Shown here: positions 1 through 12,809 of the stretch, piece by piece | Layout: the number at the start of each line of letters is the position of its first letter | How positions within the stretch are numbered: the stretch's first letter is position 1 | Assembly (NCBI GenBank): GCA_030324005.1 | Contig: JARDVH010000149.1 | Span: forward strand, 18,020,380-18,084,379 | Reading direction: 5' to 3' | DNA length: 64,000 nucleotides | From: Negaprion brevirostris | Taxonomy: Eukaryota | Program-made: the position numbers and the translations under genes | The notes under the pieces: model-generated | The model's database searches: none | What the model was told of the DNA's origin: nothing | The model's input: the letters and a program-made list of their open reading frames with translations, nothing else

Positions 1-219
1 GGGGGGGCGGCAGTAGCATGTTTTTTCTGCACATGCGCAGTTGGAGGCGCCAATCGGAGCTGCAGGCTTTCGGGCATGTTAAGCCCCATCCACAGGTTTG
101 TGGAGCGCGATCCTGAATTGCTGATATGTTTTTAGGCAGAGTGTGTATGGGGGTGCCTGAGAACAAATGTCCCAGTTTAAGGTCTGCCTGGCACTAAATG
201 GTAAAATAGGGTCCAAAAT

Positions 220-372
220 CTCTGTCCTTTCAGGCATTCCTTAAAAACTCTCTGTAATTCATCTCTGATCATTTCTTCCCATTTCTCAGATGTCTGGGTG
301 TGAAATTTTGTTTGCTAATACACCTGTAAAAGACCCTGGTACATTTTACTGCAGATAAATACAAGCTGTTGT
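220..372 (+). mobile_element. L2-clade LINE 3' tail fragment
   Basis: ...tgaaattttgtttgctaatacacctgtaaaagaccctggtacattttactgcagataaatacaagctgttgtt resembles shark L2 3' ends. Confidence 0.5.
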
Positions 373-1750
373 TATATTAGTTACAATCATATTTCCATCA
401 CATTCATAGTCAATATATTTAATGTGTTACATTTTTCAAGACATCTACACTTTAAGGCATGTGCATCATTTATCATTTTCCAGCATATTCACGACAATCA
501 CAGGTGTCTGAGTGGAAATGAGCAAGTTTGCAGTTTTGTGCACACATATGGGGGCAGCACGGTGGCACACCTCAAGATGGTTGTGGGTGAACCACCTCTT
601 GAGCTGCTGCAGATCATTACTGTTGTTTGGGAAGGGCTGCCAGGACTTTAACTGGGGAATAATAACAGCCACTATGGGGTAAGTTCAGGCATTAGTCTGG
701 TCCGCTCTGAACAGTGCTGCCCTTCTCCTCTGCCTTTCCAGCTCCCTCATTTTGTGATCTTGCTTTGGACCCCTCTTCAGGTTCCCTGTGTTTCAGAGTG
801 AGGGGAGCAGGTCACTTGCCCTGGGCCTCGAACAGATTGCGAGGCATTTTCTCAGAATTGGAACCGTGCTTGCGTGGAAAAGCTTTCAGTGATGACCCAG
901 AATTTAAAATAGTCCAAATCTGTTTCTGACGCATCATGTGTGCCTAAACTCAAACTCTGTTTTGTTTTATTTATAATATAATTTATTCCTACTGTCATGC
1001 AGACATTTCTCAACTAAATCTATGAATAGAGTGATCCCAAAATATCAGCATGTTATATAATGGGATGTTTTGACCGGTAGTACAAAAGATGACAAGGTGC
1101 TACAACTGTGGGTTTTGAACCAACTCAGCGCAGATGTATTTACCATCTTTTGCCAGATTGAAGTCCAACGTGGAAGAGATATAAAACCCCACAAATGCCT
1201 TTGGTTACGTCACAGCACACCATGTGACTAATCACACAGATGTATTACTTTACAATACGTTACACAGATCATCATACAGGAACCCTGGAGAGATGCAATG
1301 ATATTCCTCATGCCTTCTTTCCTGAATTAGCCGCAATAGGAGCTAACCATATAAAAAAAGACAAGGAGTTCGCTTATATTCTCCCCTCAGCCCTGGGATA
1401 TACCACTGCCCGCGNNNNNNNNNNNNNNNNNNNNNNNNNNNNNNNNNNNNNNNNNNNNNNNNNNNNNNNNNNNNNNNNNNNNNNNNNNNNNNNNNNNNNN
1501 NNNNNNNNNNNNNNGGCCCGCACCCCCCCCCCCCCCGTCTAGGCCTAAGTGAGGTGGAACAGCACGAGGCCATTGTGTTCAGATGTCCTGCCCTGCAGTT
1601 GGGACCACTCGCACCTTCAGGGGCAAAAATTCCACCCATGAACTTCCATCAAAAAATCAGGAGATGGTTTAAAAAATCTCCCATGTTTTAAATGGATGCA
1701 GGCTGCTGCTGCCAAGTCACAAGTAAATGGGACATTAATTCAGCTGCTAA

Positions 1751-2046
1751 CGGCACAGTGACACAGTTATTAACACTGCTGCCTCACAGCACCAGGGACC
1801 CGGGTCCAATTCCCGGCTTGGATCACTGTCGGTGTGGAGTCTGCACGTTCTCCCTGTGTCTGCATGGGTTTCCCATGGGTGTGCTGGTTTCCTCCCACAG
1901 TCCAAGAGACGTGCTGGTTAGGTGCATTGACCATACTAAATTCTCCCTCAGTGTACCCCAACAGGTGCTGAAGTGTGGCGACTAGGGGATTTTCACAGTA
2001 ACTTCATTGCAATGTCAGCGTAAGCCTACATGTGACATTAATAAAG
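1751..2046 (+). mobile_element. tRNA-derived V-SINE, tail type B
   Basis: A/B-box-like head, central V domain (ttctccctgtgtctgcatgggttt...tttcctcccacagtccaa), tail gtgtggcgactaggggattttcacagtaacttcattgc...taataaa. Confidence 0.85.
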
Positions 2047-3483
2047 CGGTTTTTTCAGTGTTAATACTGCATACACAGAACAAATCAAATGGAAGAGTAC
2101 CACCTCCCTGCAGCCTCCTCGTCCACATTTGTACCTAAATCAGCAAAGCCCAGTTAATCCACAACCCAGAATGTCACCTTGGACACGGCCACTAATCCTC
2201 CCAGTATTTCCACAGGTTGGGTACATACAGCTTTGCAAGGATAAATCTTACTCAGTGCTTCAAAATAGTGTTTTCCTCCAAGAGGCAGGTGGGACCTAAA
2301 TTAATATTGTTGTTTGAAATCTTGGTGCCTTTATGAAGATACTCACAGTGAGGAGCACTTTCTAAAACACCAGGATGGTGCAGTTAATGCCATTGGTCCC
2401 TGCTCCTTGCAGTGACTCTGTGATTAACACAAGTGCCAACAGCAGGAGGTTACAAATAGTGCAAACAATCTTTATCGGAAACACTTAAAGGCTTTGGAAC
2501 CGAGAGCACTTGAAGGAAAACTGTAAAGCGGTAAACATCTTTAAATTCCCACTTTGACATTCACAGTTGTAACCATAGGGTGCTGGTGTTCAATATTCAC
2601 GGGGGGATGATATCAAGCCCCTTCCTGAACCCGAAAAGCACACTCACATTCTATATACTAATTAGCTAGACATTTCTTAAATCAATTGTCCCTCTCCTCC
2701 TAATATGGCTTAGTATTAAATCCTTAAAGATCCATAAGGCATGCTTCACTCTTACTGTTTATTTGATTTTAATTGCTGGTTTAAGGAGGAATGGCAGTAA
2801 CTTTTTAAATAAATAATGTCAGGGAAGACACAGGATACCACGAGATGGGCCAATCTCTGTTCACAGTGCTGGGTGGACAAAGGGTTGGTCAGTGTGATTA
2901 ATGTTGTGCTCTTTTGAATAGTAACAATAACAGATATTACATTATTATACCGGTCTGTAAATTATACTGAGTGCCTCCAACATATTGTTTCCATTAAACC
3001 AAGTCCATTTTCAACCTTGGGACAAATGAACAAGTTTGACAACCCTGTTCTTGATAGGGTGGATATATTGGCGTGTGTTATGCATGTTCATTAGATGACT
3101 ACTCACTGGCTGCTCTACCCCGCCCCACCCTCACTGGCTGCCTCGCCCTGCCCTCACTGCCCGCCCCACCCTGCCCTCATTTATACAAAAACAATCAGAA
3201 ACCCACAGCAACATCTACAATCCCTCTTTAGCTCATGAATACGTCACCTGGAACTTTCATTACCTGCTCAGGCTGTTCACTGATCATTAAAAATTGCTGA
3301 CTTAATTTGAGAATTGTTTTTGAGGATTGATTTGAACATTCCAGACATCTCTTATCCACTAAAATCTAAGACCTGCAAAGCGAGGTCAGCAGCTCAGTAC
3401 AGAACTCTCCAAATCCACTTAAAGTTCCTTGTCTAGAACCACCACTTATCCACTTATTTCAGCACTGGCAAGGCATAATTTGT

Positions 3484-3556
3484 GGGGCAGGCCACACGCC
3501 CAGAGGCACTGTCCCGGGGCAGGCCGCACGCCCAGGGGCACTGTCCCGGGGCAGGC
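3484..3556 (+). repeat. GC-rich minisatellite, 32-bp unit x2.3
   Basis: ggggcaggccRcacgcccagRggcactgtccc at 3484 and 3516, partial copy at 3548. Confidence 0.9.
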
Positions 3557-4339
3557 TTTTGGGGATTGTTGATTCATTGGCCCGGATTTTGTGGTTAACA
3601 GTGAATGGATGACGCTAACCATTTATTCCATTCATGCTGGGCCAGACACTCTATCTGAACTTTTGTAATGGAGATCCTGATTAATAAAGAAACCAGAACA
3701 ACATGGCACCCTCTGCAGGTGGAGGTCTGTACCACATACACAGATTATATGGAAAGGGCAGGGAACATTAGCTGGAATTCTCTGACTATTCGTGCCCCGC
3801 TGCCAGAGAGGGCGGGGAATTGGGCACTCAGCCCAATCTCTGCCAATGCAGTGGGACAGAGGCACTGTTGAAGGGGTTGATGCTGCATTGGGCAATATTA
3901 TTTGGGGCTGCAGGCGGCAGTTCTGACCCTTTGGTGATAATATTAAGTACATTATTATCTCAGAGTCCATATAATGACTGGGTGAAGAATTGAACCTCAA
4001 ACACAGCTGGATGTTAAGTCCTTCAAACAACTATGAAGAATCGGCAAGATTGAAGTTCCTCTTGCTCTGATAACGGGAATGTTTATTGGCAAGTCATAGA
4101 CAGAAGGCAGCTTTACTTTACTTGACTAAAATGTACAGTCACAGAAATGTTTAAAAATTATCTCCTTAAGAGTAGAGATTGCCCTGGACACAATGTATGA
4201 AAATGGAATTCAGACACACACCCAGGTATTTTTGTAAATCTTAAGAATGTTTCTGCATCCAACTACTTTCAGGCAGTGAGTGTTTAACAGATGGATATCC
4301 ATTTACTGAATCAGGCCACAGGAGATTTTCAGTGATTCC

Positions 4340-4490
4340 CAGGTGTGTTATACTATCATTTGATACAAATACCAGTTTCCACTCTTCCCTTCTGGGTCCT
4401 CTCCTTGTCCGGAAGCAACTTCCCCATTGGGGAACAAAAAAGGCTCTTAATTACAGGCTTCAATGAGCATCACCTGCTCTCAACTCTCCA
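4340..4490 (+). mobile_element. Degenerate Penelope-like GIY-YIG endonuclease fragment
   Basis: PIGEQKRLLITGFNEHHLLS resembles the PLE motif YIGETKRRLGDRFAEHLRS. Confidence 0.4.
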
Positions 4491-4559
4491 TGAGGTTTGT
4501 GCTGGTTTACCCTTCGAGAAACCTGCATCTCGAACGTTGTCAGTCAGTTCCACATCTCC

Positions 4560-4880
4560 ACCTCCCACTGGATGGAAAACAAAATCCTTTCAGATCCCTC
4601 CTATCTCCTCCCTTGAATTCATGCCCCCTGCTTATGGACCCCTCAACCCAGAGGGGATACTATCCAACCTTTCTGGATGCTTCCACTTTATACACTCCCA
4701 CTTTCCAAAGATAACAAGCCTATTAAACAAAGTGATTTAGCCTATCTAATTTGTACACATTCCCCAGCCCAGGCAACATTCTTGTAAATCTCCTCTGCAC
4801 CCCCTGTAATGCAATCACATCCTGCCCCTGGCACAGTGACCATATCCTGTGCGCAGTACTCTAAGGCTAACTTACTGAAG
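4560..4880 (-). mobile_element. CR1-like LINE ORF2 3' fragment
   Basis: ccaggcaacattcttgtaaatctcctctgcaccccctgtaatgcaatcacatcc...cagtactc is the reverse complement of the CR1 EYC.QFWSP/QRRFTRM region. Confidence 0.6.
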
Positions 4881-5831
4881 TGAGTCCACTAGTTAGGCCA
4901 AGAGTATTTATATTTGAACACTGGACATAAGAAAGCGTGTTCAGGGTCTCATATCAGCATTAATAAAACTTATAAATGACATAAATATCAGTAAATTGGA
5001 TCACCCAGTGATCCCTCCCCTGCACAGGCACACTTTGGCAATGACAAAACTCTCAAATACAAATTAACAAAGTGAAAATACAACTCTTGCTAAAAAAATA
5101 TTCAAGTTGATTACAAGTTGCATTAAATAAAAATCAAAACCTCAGGTGGAGAATGTCCCAAATCATTCTTAATGAAGAAATAACAATGGAATTAAATTAT
5201 TTTGCTTAATCTTTGACAGTTTTTCATTTTGTACCAATCCCAGATATTGTGGATTGACAGAGGAAAGCAAACTGCCATAAAATGCTCTCCAATAACACTG
5301 CCCACCCATCTCTAATTGTCTTCTCCATCTTAAATAACATTACTCATGACAATACTATGGATAATATTACCCATAATAATATCATTATAGCTGGTTTATG
5401 TACTGTGAATACTTTCTCAGAATTGAACTTGTTATTGATTGCAGGTTTCTTTCCCCATGTTGCTTCAGAAAAATCCTAGAATGAATCACATTTTCCCTGT
5501 AGAGGTTATTTTGTTACCATAGTGTGATTGGATGATGAACTGGGTTAGGAGGTTACCTTTACCCCCAGGGCTTGTATATGAATGCTGACCATATGGATGG
5601 CATAATAGTCTCCTCCTCCAACCATAGCTGACTCCAACTCTTCCAAAATAAGTTCTTTGGAAAGACCAAGGATGTGATTCCTTGATTTNNNNNNNNNNNN
5701 NCCCCGCTTCAGGGGGAACGAAGCATTCGGCACACAATCAAAATTCCATTCACTGCAGCGGGACTGGAAAATGTCAGCTGACACCGAGGCTGGCGTTTCC
5801 ACAATTTAACACAAATTAGCAACTTCTCTCA

Positions 5832-6295
5832 ATTGAATTGATTTGATTTATTATTGTCATATGTATTGGGATACAGTGAAAAGTATTGTCTCTTGCGTGC
5901 TGTACAAAGCATATTGATCATAGAGTACATTAGGGTGAAGGAAAGGAGATGGTGCAGAATGTAGTGTTACAGTCATAGCTAGGGTGTACAGAAAGATCAA
6001 CTTAATGCAAGGTAGGTCCATTCAGAAGTCAGATGGGAGCAGGGAAGAAGCTGATCTTGAGTCAGTTGGTACATGATCTCATGCTTTGTATATTTTTCTG
6101 GACGGAAGAAGGTGGAAGAGAGTATGTGCGGGCTGCGTGGGACCTTTGATTATGCTGGCTGTCTTTCTGGGGCAATGGGAAATGTAGTCAATGGATGGGA
6201 GGCTGGTTTGCGTAATGGACGGGCTTCATTCACAATCTTTTGTAGTTTCTTGCGGTCTTGGAGCAGGAATCATACCAAGCTATGATACATCTGGA
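5832..6295 (-). mobile_element. Rex1/Babar-like LINE 3' end
   Basis: (ttgat)n-ttattattgtc tail followed by gggaagaagctg.tcttgagtc.gttggtac and cataccaagctatgatacatc, typical of Rex/Babar 3' ends. Confidence 0.55.
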
Positions 6296-7174
6296 AGCAG
6301 ATTGATAGAAATTTACAGCAGTGAAGGAGGCCATTTGTTCCATCATGTCCATACCTGCCCACTAAGAGCCATCCAATCTGTCCCACCTTCCAGCGCTTGG
6401 TCCATAGCCCTTTAGCTTAGAACAATAACAGCCGGATTCAAATGAGGCTTAATTCTCTCCAGCCACAAGCTTAGTGTTCAGTGCTGACACTGGATATCCA
6501 ATAATAGAAGCAGCTAATTCCCCAGGACTGACTGACATCTCGTTCTCTTGAAGAATCCCTGATTATGGGGCTACTAAAAATTAAAATGAATTCCTTCCTA
6601 CCAAATTTCTGTCAGATAAATTGACAAGGTTTTGAGGAAGAGAACATTTGCTTTGACATTGTTATGTATAACTTACCTTTCTCTCTTGCTGTGGCAAAAC
6701 CAAAAACATATATATTGCAATCTTTCAGATGTTCACCTATTTTTATCTTTAGGAAAGGCTAGCATGCCATTTTCTCTTCCCACTGCAATCGGACATTGGC
6801 ACTGATGTATGGAAAAGCATTACTGGGCTAGCTCAATCTGATGGTAGCACTGCAAGTGATCTCTGTTAGTTACAGAGTGCCACTGTTAATTGTGACCATG
6901 GGCACTCATCAGCAAGTTGGAAGAGGACAGATTGTGGTTTCAGACACTGTTTGGGAAGATGATTCCTAGGAATGATGAACCAAGTACACAAATTCCCACC
7001 AGACTTGGCAGGAGCCAATGAGCTCATGAGACAGGCCAGCAGTGGCGATGGGGTGTGGAGCAGTAAGATACCTTTGAGAAGATCAAAACCTTCTAATTTC
7101 TCCTGAAACCTCAATGAACAATGATCCAGAGCTGCTGACCACAGTAAGGTGAAGTCACCATANNNNNNNNNNNN

Positions 7175-7367
7175 ATGACCATAGGCCACTCTGCCCTTTG
7201 AGGGGTGGGGGGGAGCTGACCGCTGGTGATCACCACACCTCAGGCGAGGGGCAAGGTTGAGAAGGTGGGGCCTATATAAATAACCTCAGCCAATGCAGGA
7301 ATTGAATCATGCTTTTAGTATCGCTCTGCATCAGTAACCAGCCATCCAGCCAAGTGAGCTACACCGA
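7175..7367 (-). mobile_element. tRNA-derived SINE (probable RTE-type tail) inserted in Gypsy pol
   Basis: Reverse strand gtagctcacttggctggatggctgg...tgattcaattcc (A/B boxes); tail ...cctcaaagggcagagtggcctatggtcat. Confidence 0.6.
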
Positions 7368-7680
7368 TCATAGTAAGAGCAGATGGTGTATTGTCTACAG
7401 ATCTGGGAGCAGTTATATTCCAAGTACAAAGAGACGGCAAACATAGAGCAGTTTATTGTGTATCATGATTGCTGACAGAAGAATGATATGTTACAATTGA
7501 GAAGGAAGCATTGGCAGCAACATGCGTGTCCAAGATATTCTCAAACTACCTGATGGGATTGTGATTTAAAATTGAAATTGACCGTAAGCTATCAGTCACT
7601 CTTCTAAACACAAAGGAGATTGTTGAGACGTCACCTAGAATTCAATGCTTCAGATGGGGATAATGAGGAATGATTTGCAG

Positions 7681-8040
7681 AGGCGGTGGCATTAGCTGGA
7701 CTAATAATCCAAAGATCAGGGGAATCTGGGTTCAAATCCCACCAGGGCAAATGGTGAAATTAGAATCCAATTTTAAAAAAGCTGAAATTAAAAGTCTAGT
7801 TATGACTACAAACTATTGTCAATTGTTGTAAAAACCCATCTGGACCAGTAATGTCCTTTAGGGAAGGAAATCTGCCATGTCTACCTGGTCTGGCCTACTT
7901 GTGACTCCAGAGCCACAGCAATGTGGTTGCCTCTTGACAGCCCTCTGAAATGGTCTTGCAAACTATTCAGTTCAAGGGCAATTAGGGATGGGCAACAAAC
8001 ATTGGCCTTTACCAGCGACACCCACTTCCCATCAACAAAT
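7681..8040 (+). mobile_element. tRNA-derived SINE sharing its 3' tail with the LINE at 8470-9030
   Basis: B box gggttcaaatccc; tail aagggcaattagggatgggcaacaaa matches the reverse complement of ttgcccatccctagttgccctt at ~8498. Confidence 0.75.
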
Positions 8041-8469
8041 TTTGTTTTTAATTCTGTAATGAAGTAAATTTGAGGGCAGGACCCCGATGACAATAGATGC
8101 ATTATGAATACCGGTTGAAGAACAAAAGCAAAGGATTTGAATTGCTTTGAGGGGATGGAATCACTCATGACTAAACACCTACTGCCTATTACTGCAGATA
8201 GGCAAGAAAATAAGCACAACAGCAAGAGAAAAACTGAGTCTAAGACAAAAATACTGGAGGGACAGCCACATATACTCCTAGCAACCCAGTACCACAGCAG
8301 TACATGGAAAAGAGAAAGCAGCTGACAATCATTGATGATCTCCTAGGTTTTAAAGACAGAATGGTTACTGTCCATTCCCAAAACACTTACCTTCAAAGTC
8401 ACTTAGCAATAGCAAAATATCAGTCAGTTTGGTGGCCAGGCGTTACTTTTCAAAATCCATTTACAGTAT

Positions 8470-9030
8470 GTGGCCTTTGTTTGCTGTCCAGCATGTATTG
8501 CCCATCCCTAGTTGCCCTTCCGAAGATGGTGGTGAGCTGCCTTCTTGAACTGCTGCAGTCTTTGAGGTATGGGTATAGTGCTGTTAGCAATGGCATTCCA
8601 GGATTTTGATCCAACGACAGGAAAGGAATGGCCGATATATTTCCAAGTCAAGATGGTGAGTGACTTGGAGGGAGCCTCCTGGTGATAGTGTGCCCAGGTC
8701 TGAGGGGTCATGAATGACGCTGAACATTGTTTGCAGATGACTGCACATCCCCACTTCTGACCTTGTGATGGAAAGAAAGATATTAATGAAGCAGCTGAAG
8801 TTGATTAGCCCTACAACACTAGGCTAAGGAACTCCTGCAGTGACTCTTGGAGCTGGGACGATTGATCCCCAAACACCATAACCATCTTCCTTTGTGCCGG
8901 CTATGATTTCAACCAGTAGAGTGTTTCCCCCCGATTCCCATTGACTGCAGTTTCACGAGGGCTCCTTGATGCTTTACTTCATCAAATGCTGCCTTGATGT
9001 CAAGGGTAGTCACTCTCACCTCACTTCTAG
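8470..9030 (-). mobile_element. LINE (CR1/L2 group) 3' fragment
   Basis: ORF end SWNAIANS...LQQFKKAAHHHLRKGN; atcaaatgctgccttgatgtcaaggg = LDIKAAFD RT motif on the minus strand. Confidence 0.75.
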
Positions 9031-9357
9031 CATTGTTTTAATGAAGGACTAATCTCACATTTCCTGCATTATCAAAGAACAGCCAAGAGCAAAGAGAGCC
9101 ATTGTTGCCCTTCACATATCCATCACAGCTGTGGGAATGGATTGATCTGATTTTGTTCCAGTGAACTGAAGTTAACAGGTTTCATAGCATCACTGTGGAA
9201 AACGCTATTCACTCACTGAACAGAATCTCTCCCACACATGGCATCCTGGACATTGTTATGTAAGACAATTTGTCAATGAATTATCCCCCAAATTTGCAAA
9301 GGAATATGGATTCATTCACATGTCAAGCTCACCTCAACCTCAGTATCTTCAAGCAAA

Positions 9358-10030
9358 AGTCTTTGTGGAGTCTGTATGTTCTCCCGTGTCTGCGTGGGTT
9401 GCCTCCAGGTGCTCCGGTTTCCTCCCAGAATCCAAAAGACAAAGAAGAACAAAAAACAAAGAAAAGTAGAGCCCAGGAACAGACCCTTCAAGCCTCCACC
9501 AACCATGCCACTGAACTGAACTAAAACCCTCTACCCTTCTGGGGACCATATCCCTCNNNNNNNNNNNNNNNNNNNNNNNNNNNNNNNNNNNNNNNNNNNN
9601 NNNNNNNNNNNNNNNNNNNNNNNNNNNNNNNNNNNNNNNNNNNNNNNNNNNNNNNNNNNNNNNNNNNNNNNNNNNNNNNNNNNNNNNNNNNNNNNNNNNN
9701 NNNNNNNNNNNNNNNNNNNNNNNNNNNNNNNNNNNNNNNNNNNNNNNNNNNNNNNNNNNNNNNNNNNNNNNNNNNNNNNNNNNNNNNNNNNNNNNNNNNN
9801 NNNNNNNNNNNNNNNNNNNNNNNNNNNNNNNNNNNNNNNNNNNNNNNNNNNNNNNNNNNNNNNNNNNNNNNNNNNNNNNNNNNNNNNNNNNNNNNNNNNN
9901 NNNNNNNNNNNNNNNNNNNNNNNNNNNNNNNNNNNNNNNNNNNNNNNNNNNGTGTGGCAACTAGGGGATTTTCACAGTAACTTCATTGCAGTGTTAATGT
10001 AAGCCCACTTGTGACATTAATAAATAAATT
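9358..10030 (+). mobile_element. V-SINE (tail B) split by an antisense CR1 3' end (9441-9556) and a gap
   Basis: V domain 9362-9440; caaagaa-type microsatellite tail of a minus-strand LINE; tail B resumes at 9952. Confidence 0.7.
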
Positions 10031-10249
10031 TTAAAACTTTAGCTGAGAGAAGTGTTCAATCCAAAGACTTGTTGAAGAAGAATGAAGATCTTATCTTAAC
10101 TCTTTACCAGTTATCAAAACTCAGTGCTACAAAAATGAATTCTCACCACCAGAGTTTTTAATTGGAAGATGGCTGAGAACACAACTTTCAACTCTGCAAC
10201 AGAAACTGGAACCAAATACAACCGCGAGAGAATTAAGAAGGGTGGGGAG

Positions 10250-10385
10250 GAATTAAGCTTGGAATTTCTTGGGGAGAAGGCAGGAAAATGAGGATGAGGA
10301 GCTCATCAGCCATGATCAAATAGTGGAATGGACTTGAGGGGCCAAATGGCCTAATTCTGCTCCTTATATCCTATATCTTATGAAC
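10250..10385 (+). mobile_element. CR1 (HER1-like) 3' end
   Basis: ggggagaaggcaggaaaatg...tcagccatgatc...gaggggccaaatggcctaattctgctcc. Confidence 0.7.
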
Positions 10386-11061
10386 CTACAAACTTCAGCT
10401 CACAGAACCAGACCTGTGCTCCAGCCCAGGGGAAAGAGTATGGATACCAGACCAACAGAAAGAGGCAAAATAACGGAAAGATCAACACAGCCGAGATCTT
10501 ACAGGATTGAGAGAGCAGGGAAATATAAAGGACAAACCATAACACCGTAATGTCCTTGGAAAGAAAGCCAATAGAGACATGGGCTTACTATTCAGATCCC
10601 GATGGAGATAAGGAACAAGACAAAGCTGTTATGTATTTATACTTATTCCTTTTGGCTTACTGGAGCTTTGCTTTATTTAATGTATCCAACTGAAGTGATG
10701 TAATAAACCCAGCATGGGAAACAGAGAGAGAGGAAGCCCTCACACACTATTAATAAAACTCCATTAGTTTCTAACCAAAGTCTGTCTCCAACACACAACA
10801 ACCAGCAGACGGGCACCACAACAGCTCAGTGACTATCACTGCTAGCTGTGCAGATACATGGATTTGGGCCAGTGTCTNNNNNNNNNNNNNNNNNNNNNNN
10901 NNNNNNNNNNNNNNNNNNNNNNNNNNNNNNNNCAAGCAGATTGTAGAGCTGGCTGTGATAAATAAGAAGCTGAAACTCGATAAGGTGCCTTGTGTGCAAG
11001 AAGCATAGTTGCAGAGAGTGCATACAGGAAATCTGCTTAAGTGAAAAAAGTGGTGGGAGTT

Positions 11062-11371
11062 ATAGAATCATAGAATCTACAGTGCAGAAGGAGGCCATTT
11101 AGCCCATTGAGTCTGCACCGACCACAATCCCACCCAGGCTCTATCCTGATAACCCCATGCATTTACCCTAGCTAATCCCCTTGACACCAAGGTCAATTTA
11201 GCATAGCCAATCCGCCTAATCTTTGAAGAGGGAAGGAAACCGGAGCACCCGGAGGAAACCCACATAGACATGGGGAGAGTGTGCAAACTCCACACAGACA
11301 GTGACCCAAGCTGGTAATTGAACCCAGGTCCCTGGTGCTGTGAGGCAGCCGTGGAAACAGCTGTGCCACCC
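11062..11371 (-). mobile_element. V-SINE (HE1-like), tail type A
   Basis: tRNA head, V domain, CR1-like tail ending ...cactgtagattctatgattcta. Confidence 0.85.
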
Positions 11372-11382
11372 ATCTCAGCATT

Positions 11383-12720
11383 GTGGGAGTCTTTGATGAA
11401 AATGTGGAGAGATGGAGCTTTTATACCGAGCGTTTTGACTATTTTGTACAGGCAAACAAAACAGCTGAAGATATTACGGTGCCCACTTTCCTGAATATGT
11501 CAGGCGATGAACATTTAATTTCTGTTGTTCAGTACAACCTGACAAACCCGGCACTAAAACGTACAGATCCTGGACGTGCTGTTGCACCTTTTTCACTGAA
11601 ACTCCTGGAGATTACAGAACACTTTAGATTCCAGAGAAGGAGCAGGAGGAATCAATCGCTCCATTTGTGGCAGTGCTCAAAAACCTTACAGGATACTGTC
11701 AGTTTGCAGATGTGTTGAATGACACTATTCGGAACAGATTTGTTTGTGGTCTACGCAGTGAAGTGACACAAAAACATTTGTTAACTGAGAGTAATTTTAC
11801 TCTGCGGGTGACCATTAAAATTGCACTTTTTATGGAACTGGAATTGGCTACAAAGAAAGCTCAGCAATTAAGTTTGTGAACTCAAAAACACAAAACGTCT
11901 GCTGGATTGACGCGCAAAACTGTTAAAACCCGTACATGTTACCAATGTGCAAAGCCAGGTCATTCTGCTGCTGAATATAGGGCAGGACGATGGCATGGTG
12001 ATTAGCACCACCACCTCACAGCACCACAGACCCATTCTCGGCTTGGGCGACTATGTGGAGTTTGCACATTCTCCCCATGTCTGTGTGGGTTTCCTCCGGC
12101 TGCTCAAGTTTCCTCCCACACTCCAAAGAAGTGTAGGTTAGGTGGGTTGGCCATGTTAAATTGCTGCATTGTGGCCAAAAGATATGTATGTTAGGTGGAT
12201 TAGCCATGGTAATTGCACAGAGTCATGAGGATAGGACAGAGGGAAGGGCCTGGGTGGAGTGCTCTTCCAGAGAGTCAGGGCAGACTTGATGGACTTTGTG
12301 CATTGTAGGGATTGTATGCCTGATAGAGCGTGCCCGCAGGAAGGAAAAAGTGAGCTGCGAATAAAGTAAGATTTAAGAACAAACTAGAAGTAGAAATAGC
12401 CATGCTGGTCAGTGAGAGAAGAGTGAAGAGACTGACAGTCAGAGGAGTTATTAAACGTGCCAGCCAGCTACCCATCACTGGTACTGTGCACAGATAGTGG
12501 GTCACTCCATTGCTGGATGCATAGCCAGTAAGGATGGAAGTTGATACAGGAGCAGCAGCCTTGTTGGTGCCAGAGACTATCTAATGTAAGAAACTCCAAA
12601 ACATTCCCTTAAGGCCACCAAGCATAGTGCTGAAGATGTGCAATGGGTGAAGTGCTTCCTCTGAAGGGCAGTGCAACTCACTGGGCAAACAGCAGATTTG
12701 TCTCTACACAGAGTGAAGCT
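11383..12720 (+). mobile_element. Decayed Gypsy gag-protease (second remnant)
   Basis: FDENVERWSFYTERFDYFVQAN; LNDTIRNRFVCGLRSE; zinc knuckle CYQCAKPGHSAAE (~11936-11975) cut by a SINE; protease MEVDTGAA at 12534-12557. Confidence 0.8.
11980..12316 (+). mobile_element. V-SINE inserted in Gypsy gag zinc knuckle
   Basis: gggcaggacgatggcatggtgattagcac head, V domain, tail-A-like end tgcattgtagggattgtatg. Confidence 0.8.
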
Positions 12721-12809
12721 CAATGTTTTCCATGAAAGCTTGTGGGGCCACACATCCAGTGCCCAGACCGGCCGCACGATTTTGAGAGGGAGCAAAACAG
12801 CTAGACCAT

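Larger units (their letters stand above)
6960..10560 (+). mobile_element. Decayed Gypsy/Ty3 LTR retrotransposon pol (RT connection, RNase H, integrase) interrupted by younger SINEs/LINEs
   Basis: FLGMMNQVHKF (~6963); RNase H LGAVIFQ...IEKEALAAT...IEIDRKL...SPRIQCFR (7375-7656); integrase QREPLLP, HGILDIVM*DN, FAKEYGFIHMSSSP (9090-9350), AERSVQ...SPPEFLIGRWLRT (10042-10190), LQPGERVWI...PRSY (10418-10510); many stops and frameshifts. Confidence 0.8.

Noticed and set aside
3484-3556. 32-bp repeats resembling a CRISPR array
   Set aside because: Head-to-tail with no spacers, in a eukaryotic context with no cas genes
11077-11381. Recurrent similar ORFs (GSLSVWSLH...SSGCSGFLP) at several loci, suggesting a gene family
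   Set aside because: Translations of V-SINE copies, not proteins
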